A DNA stretch of 64,000 bases from an uncultured Gammaproteobacteria bacterium. Its GTDB lineage: Bacteria > Patescibacteriota > Patescibacteriia > UBA9934. The notes under the pieces are model-generated. The model worked only from the letters and a program-made list of their open reading frames with translations, ran no database searches and was not told the DNA's origin. A program made the translations under genes and the position numbers. Location of the stretch: positions 4,208 to 68,207 of the forward strand of contig CAYNYL010000006.1 of NCBI GenBank assembly GCA_964401485.1, written 5' to 3'. Positions 1 to 7,931 of this stretch are shown in pieces. Each line of letters starts with the position of its first letter. Position 1 is the first letter of the stretch.

Positions 1-1009
1 CTGCCGAAACCCATGAGACGACCCAAAACCGCATAACTACTTTTGGCTCCGGCCAGCCCTTTGCTTCAAAGTGGTGGTGGATTGGCGCAACGAGGAAAAT
101 TTTTCGTCCAAAGAGTTTTTTCGAAACAAGTTGGGCGATCGTTGTAAGACCCTCAACAACAAAGACGAGTCCGATAATCGGAAGAAAGAGCGCCGTGTTT
201 GTCAGCATCGCGACAACCGCAAGCGTAACCCCAAGCGACATCGCCCCCGTATCCCCCATGAAAAACCGCGCTGGGTAGATATTAAACCAAAGGAAGGCAA
301 GAAGGGCGCCAAGAACCACCCCGCAAAATCCGGCAAGCTCGTAACGTCCAAGAAGAAGCGCGATAATCGCGTACGCGGCAAACGCCGATGCGAGCGTCCC
401 ACCGGCAAGCCCGTCAAGCCCGTCGGTTTGATTAACGGAAAACGACGTGCCCACAAGAATTAAGATAAACATTGGAATATACCACCACCCGATCGTTACA
501 TCACCAATAAACGGGATGTGTAAAATATCGAACCCGAGTTTTACGAAAAACCACCAAGCGCCAATCGCCGCAATAACGGTATAAAGCGGGATCCGGTGGC
601 GCGCCTTAATCCCTCCGCCATTTCCCCCAATATTCTTTACGTTAAAAAAATCGTCGGCGAGCCCAAGGATTCCGGCGGACACAAGCGCAAACAGCGGAAG
701 CCAGGTTTGACCTCGCGAGAGAATATTCATTTTTGCAAGTCCGGCTTCAGGGACCACGACCACGCAAAGCGCAAAGACCGTCACAATCGCAAGCGTCGTT
801 CCCCAAACAATCACCCCGCCCATCGTCGGAGTCCCCGCCTTATCCTTGTGCAAACTCGCAAAAATCGGCGCCTGCGCCTTATCGCGAATCCGCTTCCCCA
901 TCTTCATCTTATAAAGCACACTCGTAAGAAGCGGCGTCCAAGCGATCGCCACAACGAAAGCAAGCGTCGTAAGAAGAAGGAGTTTCACGATATAGAAAGA
1001 CTCAACCAT
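1..1009 (-). CDS. mraY: Phospho-N-acetylmuramoyl-pentapeptide transferase (3' end runs off the window)
   Basis: Not in the ORF track. Manual minus-strand translation from ATG 1009 gives MVESFYIVKLLL..., KAGTPTMGG, FNIYPARFFMGDTG and APIHHHFE, the MraY signature motifs. Start overlaps the TGA of the upstream ORF. Confidence 0.95.
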   Translation of the reverse strand, partial: MVESFYIVKLLLLTTLAFVVAIAWTPLLTSVLYKMKMGKRIRDKAQAPIFASLHKDKAGTPTMGGVIVWGTTLAIVTVFALCVVVVPEAGLAKMNILSRGQTWLPLFALVSAGILGLADDFFNVKNIGGNGGGIKARHRIPLYTVIAAIGAWWFFVKLGFDILHIPFIGDVTIGWWYIPMFILILVGTSFSVNQTDGLDGLAGGTLASAFAAYAIIALLLGRYELAGFCGVVLGALLAFLWFNIYPARFFMGDTGAMSLGVTLAVVAMLTNTALFLPIIGLVFVVEGLTTIAQLVSKKLFGRKIFLVAPIHHHFEAKGWPEPKVVMRFWVVSWVSA

Positions 1010-1415
1010 AATAAGCAAGATTAATGGCGACTAAGTGATAAACGGCAAGAAGCGCAAGGAGCGCGCAAAACGCACTCGTGACCGACGCGGTATAGCTCAC
1101 GAGCGGATCCTTCTTGTAAAAAATTGTGGAAAGAAGCGCATTGACGAGAAAAATACTAAGTGCGATTCCCGGAGACAAAAAGAGATAGTACCAATCCCCA
1201 ATCGTATCAACACCCGAGTGGACATTGTAATGGAGGGGTACAAAAAGTTGTGCCTTCGCTTCAGGAAGAAGCTGGTACCAAACATACCCAACCGAAAATG
1301 CGATAAGAAGAAGGCTGAACACGCTCATCCAAAAAAAGAACGGTCGGCGGTGAAGCGCGAGCGTCGAAATGACAAATTGTGCACCTTTTCGGATCATGGG
1401 ATCATTATACCGCAA
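1002..1415 (-). CDS. Hypothetical membrane protein (PLHYN..G.D motif, about 3 TM); true start may be ATG 1397
   Basis: Hydrophobic segments; lies in operon order between nifU-like gene and mraY. Confidence 0.7.
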   Translation of the reverse strand: MRYNDPMIRKGAQFVISTLALHRRPFFFWMSVFSLLLIAFSVGYVWYQLLPEAKAQLFVPLHYNVHSGVDTIGDWYYLFLSPGIALSIFLVNALLSTIFYKKDPLVSYTASVTSAFCALLALLAVYHLVAINLAYYG

Positions 1416-1629
1416 CTACGGATTTTATTTCAGGGATAGCGTCAATAATCGCCCGCTCCACCCCCATTTTCAGGGTTAACTGCGAAAATGGGCATCCTTT
1501 ACAGGACCCGGTCATCCGAACCCGAACAACCCCCTCCTCCAAATCCACCCCCGCAAGCTCAATATTTCCGCCGTGGCGAGCCAAGGCGGGGCGAATATAA
1601 GCGAAAACCTGTTCGATCCGTTCTTCCAT
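1405..1629 (-). CDS. NifU/Nfu-family Fe-S cluster carrier domain protein
   Basis: IRPAL..HGG.IEL and GSCKGCP (CxxC) ...TLK.GVE, the typical NifU C-terminal domain. Confidence 0.9.
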   Translation of the reverse strand: MEERIEQVFAYIRPALARHGGNIELAGVDLEEGVVRVRMTGSCKGCPFSQLTLKMGVERAIIDAIPEIKSVVAV

Positions 1630-1647
1630 GCTATGAGGGTAACATAC

Positions 1648-1676
1648 TTGACGAAAAATGCCATTTATCCTACTAT
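1648..1676 (+). promoter_or_regulatory. Sigma70-type promoter of rpmA
   Basis: TTGACG-N17-TACTAT, 25 nt before ATG 1702. Confidence 0.65.
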
Positions 1677-1701
1677 ATCCACACTATTTCGATAACCCAC
1701 T

Positions 1702-1983
1702 ATGGCACATAAGAAAGCCCAAGGATCTACAAGTAATGGACGAGACAGTTTAGCCAAACGCCTCGGCCTCAAAAAAGCAGCTGGTGAATTCGTTCGCACA
1801 GGTCAAATTTTGATCCGACAACGTGGAAGCAAGTACCGAGCGGGAGCAAACGTCGGAATCGGAAAAGACGATACCCTCTACGCAATCGCCGATGGAACCG
1901 TTTCCTTCAAGAAAAAGAAGGTCACAAACTTCCACGGAGCGTTGATGAAGAAAACCTTCGTCGAAGTACAAGCTACGGCTTAA
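1702..1983 (+). CDS. rpmA: 50S ribosomal protein bL27
   Basis: [16 protein letters not shown]...RQRG...[10 protein letters not shown]. Confidence 0.98.
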   Translation: MAHKKAQGSTSNGRDSLAKRLGLKKAAGEFVRTGQILIRQRGSKYRAGANVGIGKDDTLYAIADGTVSFKKKKVTNFHGALMKKTFVEVQATA

Positions 1984-1997
1984 TAGATCAATAAAAG

Positions 1998-2026
1998 AAC
2001 CCCGGGTTTACGCCTGGGGTTTTTTT
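1998..2026 (+). terminator. Intrinsic terminator after rpmA (possibly bidirectional)
   Basis: AACCCCGGG-TTTACG-CCTGGGGTT hairpin followed by a T run; A-rich on the 5' side. Confidence 0.8.
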
Positions 2027-2091
2027 CATTTTACACAATGCCCGCCGCAACCTTTCGAGGTCACGACGGGCACACGACGGACGGCGTTCGA

Positions 2092-2628
2092 TCAATCTTC
2101 CTCGCGAAAGATCTCCGCCCACTTTTGAAGTGCCTCCTCGATCTGCGAGATCCTGGGCGGATCCGGATCGCGAGCGAGTCTCTGCTCGATTTCTCGAGAA
2201 GCTTCCTCAAATTCGGCGTAACCCGGAGTAATCGAGCGAGGCCACTCATCCTGACTGACCTCGTAGGAACCGGGCCACCACGCCTCTGGGCGGGGGACAT
2301 GCGTGTTGTAGGAAAACTCATCGCGACCCCGTTCATCGTCAATCACGAGTACCCTTGGCTCCAGACAGGAAAGCCACGTCGCGGCGAGCACGGATGCGCC
2401 ACAGTAACTCGCCGTGAGTGCAGAGTCATCGAACCCGACTCGATCATGCTCTGCAATCTCGAATCGCAGGATGTCATTCTCCATCCGCCTCGCGACTTCG
2501 GCCAGCTCGATGCTCCTCCACGCATCACGACCCACCCACGCTTGAACAATATCTGAGTAGACGACCCCCCGAACACACACGAGACACAGCACCAGGAAAA
2601 AGACCAAGACGCTATTCTTATGGTTCAC
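2092..2628 (-). CDS. Hypothetical protein with N-terminal hydrophobic/signal segment
   Basis: ORF 2092..2673; GTG at 2628 is preceded by GGAGG (2633-2637). GC-rich; no family recognised. Confidence 0.55.
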   Translation of the reverse strand: MNHKNSVLVFFLVLCLVCVRGVVYSDIVQAWVGRDAWRSIELAEVARRMENDILRFEIAEHDRVGFDDSALTASYCGASVLAATWLSCLEPRVLVIDDERGRDEFSYNTHVPRPEAWWPGSYEVSQDEWPRSITPGYAEFEEASREIEQRLARDPDPPRISQIEEALQKWAEIFREED

Positions 2629-2702
2629 GGAACCTCCAAGTATCCCCGGAATGGCGACCGAACATACTACCACGTTATCGCGGAAAAAGCAAGCGCCCGC
2701 CG

Positions 2703-3887
2703 CTAATCCATTTCAGCAGTTTTGATTCGGAATAGAGTTACAGCAACAATAACAAGCCCGAGGACGATAAACAGCGGATACTGGATATTGAACGTTGAGA
2801 GACGCGCGGCAAGGAGGAGGAGCGGGATATCAATCAACGCCTTAATAAGCGCAAGATTTGAGAGCGTGGTTGCGCGGTGATGTGAAGCGATGTGACGATT
2901 CACCGCCTCTGAGAACCATGGGGCACGGATATCGCAAAAGATGATAAGTAAAAGCATGGAGATAAAGAGAACCGGCACAGATTTCGAAAACGCAGAGACG
3001 ATCGAAAGTAGGACAAGGATCATTGCGCTCACCCTTAAAAGAACCCCGATGCGCACTCGCTCAAGGAGCGCCTTTGTGTACCATTTACCCGCAAACGTAA
3101 GCGCGTGCATCAGGAAGTAGAAAAGTCCGAGGAGGGTCACGGAAAGACCAAAAGATTCAAGGAGTGGCTGATAGCTCCGCCAAGCAATCACGGCCGCGAC
3201 AAAAATAAGCGTTGAGTTCATTGTCGCGCGCAGGAGAAACGGGGTGGAAAAAGCAACGCGAAGCGTTTCGATGTATGCGAGAGACTCGGTCTTTTCTAAT
3301 GATCGGCGATGCTCCGGCTCTTCAAGATAGGCAAGAAGAATAAAGGCGCCCATCGCAAACAAACAGTTTATTGCGATCAAAAGCGTGAACTGCCAAGGAA
3401 GGAGTTGTGAGGCGATAACAGCTCCGAGTGTCGGAGCAAAAATTTTGATAAAATGCCGCGCCGACTCAATTCGTGCGAACTCCCCCGCCATCTCTTTTTC
3501 ACGCCCAAGCTCTTTAAGAGAATCGTAAACGAGCGCCTGCGCCGTTCCGGAAAAACAGGATTCAGCAAGCGAAAGAAGAAGGAGCGTTAGCGCAAGTTCA
3601 AAAAACCCGTAAGCAAAAAAGGAAATGACAAGCGACGCGATCACGGCAACGACTCCGAACATGAGTAGAGGCTTTCGTCCGAAGCGATCGGCGAGATAGC
3701 CGGAGGGAATTTCAAAAAGCAGTGTGCCGACCGAATAAACGACCGTAAGATAAAAAATTTCCTCAACGGTAATCCCGCGTGCCAAATAAAATAGCGCGAT
3801 AATGGCGTTCAGCATCTTAAGCTCTGTAAACGCTCGAGCCCAAAAAAGGAGGCGTGAGTTGCGGGCTAGTCGGCTAAGGCGCTTCAT
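2703..3887 (-). CDS. MFS transporter
   Basis: FEIPSGYLADRFGRK (MFS motif A), about 12 TM; start set at MKRLSRL. Confidence 0.9.
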   Translation of the reverse strand: MKRLSRLARNSRLLFWARAFTELKMLNAIIALFYLARGITVEEIFYLTVVYSVGTLLFEIPSGYLADRFGRKPLLMFGVVAVIASLVISFFAYGFFELALTLLLLSLAESCFSGTAQALVYDSLKELGREKEMAGEFARIESARHFIKIFAPTLGAVIASQLLPWQFTLLIAINCLFAMGAFILLAYLEEPEHRRSLEKTESLAYIETLRVAFSTPFLLRATMNSTLIFVAAVIAWRSYQPLLESFGLSVTLLGLFYFLMHALTFAGKWYTKALLERVRIGVLLRVSAMILVLLSIVSAFSKSVPVLFISMLLLIIFCDIRAPWFSEAVNRHIASHHRATTLSNLALIKALIDIPLLLLAARLSTFNIQYPLFIVLGLVIVAVTLFRIKTAEMD

Positions 3888-3925
3888 ATAGTCGTAATGT
3901 CTAAAATACGCTACCCTTAGGCAGT

Positions 3926-5053
3926 ATGCAAACCCCTCTCTCCTATCTCGAAATCGACACGGAAGCCTTGCGGGCGAACGTAAGAGCACTTCGCTCGGAG
4001 CTTAAGGGCGGACAGAAGGTTGCCGGGGTGATAAAGGCAAATGCTTATGGGCACGGCGATACGCTCGTCGCAAAGGCGCTCGAAACGGAGGTCGATTATT
4101 TTCAAATTGACGATATCGAGGAGTGGCGCCGGATCCGACTGGTTACACAAAAACCGATTCTCCTTCTTGGCTACGTCCAAACAGAAGAAGCGCGCGAGCT
4201 TCTCGGAACCGAGACGGAACTCGCCGTGTTTTCAATGGAACAACTGCGCGAACTCGCTTCCCTGTCGCAAGATCAGCCCCTAAAGATCCACCTCACCTTT
4301 GACTGCCTCCTTGGACGCGAAGGTTTCCTTCCGATCGAAGCGGGGGACGTGATTTCATTCCTTAAAAGCGCGCCGTCACTCAAACTCTCCGGCGTCTACG
4401 CACACTTCGCGAACGTCGAAGACACAACCGATCAAACTCACGCGGTGAATCAAGTCACAACGCTGACCGAAATTGTTGAAGCATTCCTCGACGCAGGATT
4501 TTCACAGTTCGAGGTCCACCACTCTTCAACCGCCGGGTCCATGATTTTTGAGGATACGCGAGAGACGATTACGACACTCGCTCGCTTGGGCGTTGGGCTC
4601 TACGGATATTGGCCAGCGGATCATTTAAAAACCGCTTCGCATCTTACGAAGGTCTCTCTCACACCCGCGCTTCGATGGATAAGCCACGTCGCACAAGTAA
4701 AAACGATCCCTGCCGGACAATCGATCGGCTACGGTCGGACCCACGTCACGGACAAGGACACCGTGATCGCCCTTATCCCACAAGGCTACTCCGACGGATT
4801 CGATCGCGGTCTCTCCGGGAAGGGCCATGTGTTAATCGCGGGAGAAAAGCGTGCGGTTCTTGGTCGCGTGTCGATGAATATGCTCGTCGTCGACGTAACG
4901 GGAAGTAGCGTAGCGCGCGGCGATGAAGTGGTCCTTATCGGCCAACAAGGAAACGCATCGATCACAGCAACCGATATCGCAAACGAGATTAGCACAATCG
5001 ACTACGAAATCCTCGCGCGACTCTCGCCCCTCCTTCCTCGAATCGCAACATAA
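3926..5053 (+). CDS. alr: Alanine racemase
   Basis: VIKANAYGHG PLP-lysine motif, GYSDG, GRVSMN. Confidence 0.95.
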   Translation: MQTPLSYLEIDTEALRANVRALRSELKGGQKVAGVIKANAYGHGDTLVAKALETEVDYFQIDDIEEWRRIRLVTQKPILLLGYVQTEEARELLGTETELAVFSMEQLRELASLSQDQPLKIHLTFDCLLGREGFLPIEAGDVISFLKSAPSLKLSGVYAHFANVEDTTDQTHAVNQVTTLTEIVEAFLDAGFSQFEVHHSSTAGSMIFEDTRETITTLARLGVGLYGYWPADHLKTASHLTKVSLTPALRWISHVAQVKTIPAGQSIGYGRTHVTDKDTVIALIPQGYSDGFDRGLSGKGHVLIAGEKRAVLGRVSMNMLVVDVTGSSVARGDEVVLIGQQGNASITATDIANEISTIDYEILARLSPLLPRIAT

Positions 5054-5128
5054 TCCCCAGGGTGATCGTTGACCGAAGCGCCTACATATGTTTCAATGAA
5101 TTCATCCCGGATGGCTTTACACGAGCTC

Positions 5129-5202
5129 CTAGGGTGACGCAAAAATATCCCCAATAGCGCGAACATTTGTTCAGACTGTTGGGGATTTTTTGTTGCCCCT
5201 AG
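5129..5202. repeat. Long imperfect inverted repeat with GAAC-N4-GTTC at its apex
   Basis: CTAGGG..AAAAATATCCCCAATAG / CTGTTGGGGATTTTTT..CCCTAG arms; GAACATTTGTTC at 5161-5172. Confidence 0.7.
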
Positions 5203-5245
5203 CGTCAACTTTAGTTTTCCACAGGCTCATTCGTGACATGCTTCC

Positions 5246-5265
5246 TTTTTCGTATTTTTTCGTAT
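5246..5265 (+). promoter_or_regulatory. Perfect 10-bp tandem direct repeat overlapping a -10-like box; candidate LexA operator
   Basis: TTTTTCGTAT x2, overlapping TATATT (5263-5268), ending 11 nt before ATG 5277. Confidence 0.55.
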
Positions 5266-5276
5266 ATTGTTTGAAT

Positions 5277-6836
5277 ATGAGCAAAAATCGCAAGCATCAA
5301 ATCCTCGAATATATAAAAACCCATATAAAATCGAATGGCGGGTCTCCGACCCTTTACGAGATAAAAAACGGCGTTGGCTTAAAGTCTGTGTCAACGGTAC
5401 ACAAACACATCAAAGACTTGATCAGTGAGGATCTTTTACGAGATGACGGCTTGAATGGATACATCATAACCGCGCACTCAAGCAACACATCTAGTCGCGT
5501 TTCAGTTATTGGAACTATTACCGCAGGTGCCCCTATCGAAGCCATTGAAGACAACGACGATATCGTATGGGTTTCCGATCTACCGGCAAACAGCGATTTT
5601 TATGCATTGCGCGTAGCTGGCGACAGCATGATCGACGAAGGAATCTTCGATGGTGATTTAGTCATAATTAAAAAGCAAACCTCTGCAGAAAATGGCCAAA
5701 CCGTAGTAGCAATTATTGATAATAACCAAGCAACGTTAAAAAAAATATATAAAGAAAAGGGGGTCTTCCGCCTTCAGCCAGCCAATCAGAAAATGTTACC
5801 TCTTTTTAAAACCGAAGTTGAGGTACGCGGCATCGTCTGGTCTGTGATTCGTAATTTTAACAGACAGAAAGTTAATCAATCAAAAATCATACCTACAAAA
5901 GAGTGGCGCACTGTTGATTTATTTGCGGGCGTTGGGGGCATTCGTCTAGGTTTTGAAAAGGTTGGTTTTAGCACTGTATTCGCAAACGATTTCGAAGCCA
6001 AGTGTGCGGAAACATACAATACAAACTTTAAAACAACAAAATTAACAATCGAAGACATCACAAAAATTTCAACCAGTGATATTCCAGACTGCGACTTTGT
6101 TCTCGGTGGCTTTCCGTGCCAAGCATTCTCGATTGCGGGCTATCGTCACGGCTTCGAAGACCTGAAAGGTCGCGGAAATTTATTCTTCGATATAGCCCGA
6201 ATCATACAAGATAAACAACCCACCGGTTTTTTACTCGAAAACGTTAAAAACCTTAAATCTCACGACAATGGGAAAACTTTCAAAATTATAGAACAGACGC
6301 TTAGGGACCTGGGTTATTTTGTAAAAACTAAAATCCTGAACTCAATGGAATACGGTAACGTTCCACAGAACAGAGAACGCATTTATATAGTTGGCTTCAA
6401 GGATCAAAAAAGAGCCTCGCGATTTGAATTCCCAGAACCGATTCCACTCACAAAAACGATCAAGGATGTTTTAGAGGAAAATGTGGATGGGAAATACTAC
6501 TACAACGGCAAACCGCTATATGAACGATTAAAGAACGACGTAAGCGAAGAAAATTCCGTTTACCAATGGAGAAGGCAATACGTACGAAAGAATAAAAAAG
6601 GCGTCTGCCCAACGCTAACCGCAAATATGGGGACCGGTGGACACAATGTACCGATAATCTTTGACGGGCAAGGAATAAGGAAGCTCACGCCACGAGAATG
6701 TTTTAGGATACAAGGCTTCCCTGACAACTACAAATTACCCAAACTCGCCGATAGTGCGCTATATAAACAGGCTGGAAACTCAGTTTCCGTACCAGTCTTA
6801 ACAAGAATAGCCGAGCAAATAATGAAAGTATTATAA
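5277..6836 (+). CDS. lexA: LexA repressor fused to a DNA (cytosine-5)-methyltransferase
   Basis: N-terminal wHTH (SPTLYEI..VGLKSVSTVHKH), Ala-Gly cleavage site (ITAGAPIEA), catalytic Ser (GDSM) and Lys (ATLKK); then without a stop DLFAGVGG (I), GGFPCQAFS (IV), ENVKNL (VI), PQNRERIYIVG (VIII), YKQAGNSV (X). Confidence 0.93.
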   Translation: MSKNRKHQILEYIKTHIKSNGGSPTLYEIKNGVGLKSVSTVHKHIKDLISEDLLRDDGLNGYIITAHSSNTSSRVSVIGTITAGAPIEAIEDNDDIVWVSDLPANSDFYALRVAGDSMIDEGIFDGDLVIIKKQTSAENGQTVVAIIDNNQATLKKIYKEKGVFRLQPANQKMLPLFKTEVEVRGIVWSVIRNFNRQKVNQSKIIPTKEWRTVDLFAGVGGIRLGFEKVGFSTVFANDFEAKCAETYNTNFKTTKLTIEDITKISTSDIPDCDFVLGGFPCQAFSIAGYRHGFEDLKGRGNLFFDIARIIQDKQPTGFLLENVKNLKSHDNGKTFKIIEQTLRDLGYFVKTKILNSMEYGNVPQNRERIYIVGFKDQKRASRFEFPEPIPLTKTIKDVLEENVDGKYYYNGKPLYERLKNDVSEENSVYQWRRQYVRKNKKGVCPTLTANMGTGGHNVPIIFDGQGIRKLTPRECFRIQGFPDNYKLPKLADSALYKQAGNSVSVPVLTRIAEQIMKVL

Positions 6837-6840
6837 ACAA

Positions 6841-7926
6841 TTACTCTATACATCGCCTGATATCTGCGAGCATAATCTCTTCTTTACTTGGTATCATATC
6901 AACGATAGATTTGTGGGCGAAATATTCGTCGAAATCTTTTGACGATCTATCGAGTATTCCGAACTTTATAATATATGCTTTATCAGCCTGCAAGACTATA
7001 TCATTCAGCATCGCTTCGCCCGTGGTAATGATGGTTACGGAGCTCTTGCTATTCTTTATGAAACGTATATTTTGGATGCCGTCAACGTAGATATCCAGCA
7101 TCTTGTGGCTCGCTATAGCGTCCAAAACATTACCATTCCACCGATACAGCCCGTCCCCTTTCGGTGAAATTATATCGGAAAATGGTGTAATTGTTGAAAT
7201 AATTTTTGGGGACCTGGTTTCGCGTATGCGCTCTACATACACCGGGCTCTCCTTTGCAAAACACAGCGTGGAAAAAGACATAAAATCGTTTGCCATGCAA
7301 ACCGTGATAGGCTTAAGAGATCCCAAATTTGTGTTTTGACGATCAATTCGTGCAACCGAAGAGACGTCGCTATTGTCGTTCGATTTTATAAAGACTTCAT
7401 CGTTCATTTTTAAACCCTCATAAACGCTATCGTCGGTTACCGTCTGCTCAAAAAATGGCAAAAGATAGTCGCAATTAAGATTTGTTTCTACCAAGACCAA
7501 ATATTTATGATCGTAGCCCTGATTACGCAAACTTACCATGTATTGAGCTTTCTTGAATGTTTTTACTTCAATTTGTGGTGAGCCCTCGAGGGCGCGCCAT
7601 TCGTTCACGTACTCTACGAATGGTTTTAACTCTGTTCCAACTTTAATTCCAAGAACATCAGGAGCTATACCGGATTCCTTCGGTTTATACTTATAATAAT
7701 CAGAAATTACAGATAAATTGTCCGCTATCTTTGGCAAGAAATATTTATTAAAAATAACACTTTCGGGAATAATGTTGATCCAGCGATCAAAAATACCGCC
7801 TATGTAATCGCTCTTGCCACTCAACCCTCCATACATTCTTCCTCGTTGCGCCAATGAGCAAACAAAGTAGATATACGGTATAACGTCCTCTTTATTGATT
7901 ACTATTTCTTGATTGATTCTCTGCAT
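6841..7926 (-). CDS. Putative type II restriction endonuclease (PD-(D/E)xK fold)
   Basis: APDVLG...IEVKTF motif; convergent with the MTase (4-nt gap between stops) and shares its AT-rich composition. Confidence 0.65.
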   Translation of the reverse strand: MQRINQEIVINKEDVIPYIYFVCSLAQRGRMYGGLSGKSDYIGGIFDRWINIIPESVIFNKYFLPKIADNLSVISDYYKYKPKESGIAPDVLGIKVGTELKPFVEYVNEWRALEGSPQIEVKTFKKAQYMVSLRNQGYDHKYLVLVETNLNCDYLLPFFEQTVTDDSVYEGLKMNDEVFIKSNDNSDVSSVARIDRQNTNLGSLKPITVCMANDFMSFSTLCFAKESPVYVERIRETRSPKIISTITPFSDIISPKGDGLYRWNGNVLDAIASHKMLDIYVDGIQNIRFIKNSKSSVTIITTGEAMLNDIVLQADKAYIIKFGILDRSSKDFDEYFAHKSIVDMIPSKEEIMLADIRRCIE

Positions 7927-7931
7927 ATCAT

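Noticed and set aside
71-1439. K/R-rich + strand ORFs (71..463, 596..1024, 1035..1439)
   Set aside because: Antisense to mraY and the adjacent membrane-protein gene.
5058-5210. Integron attC sites
   Set aside because: No clear RYYYAAC/GTTRRRY box pair, no cassette array and no integron integrase.
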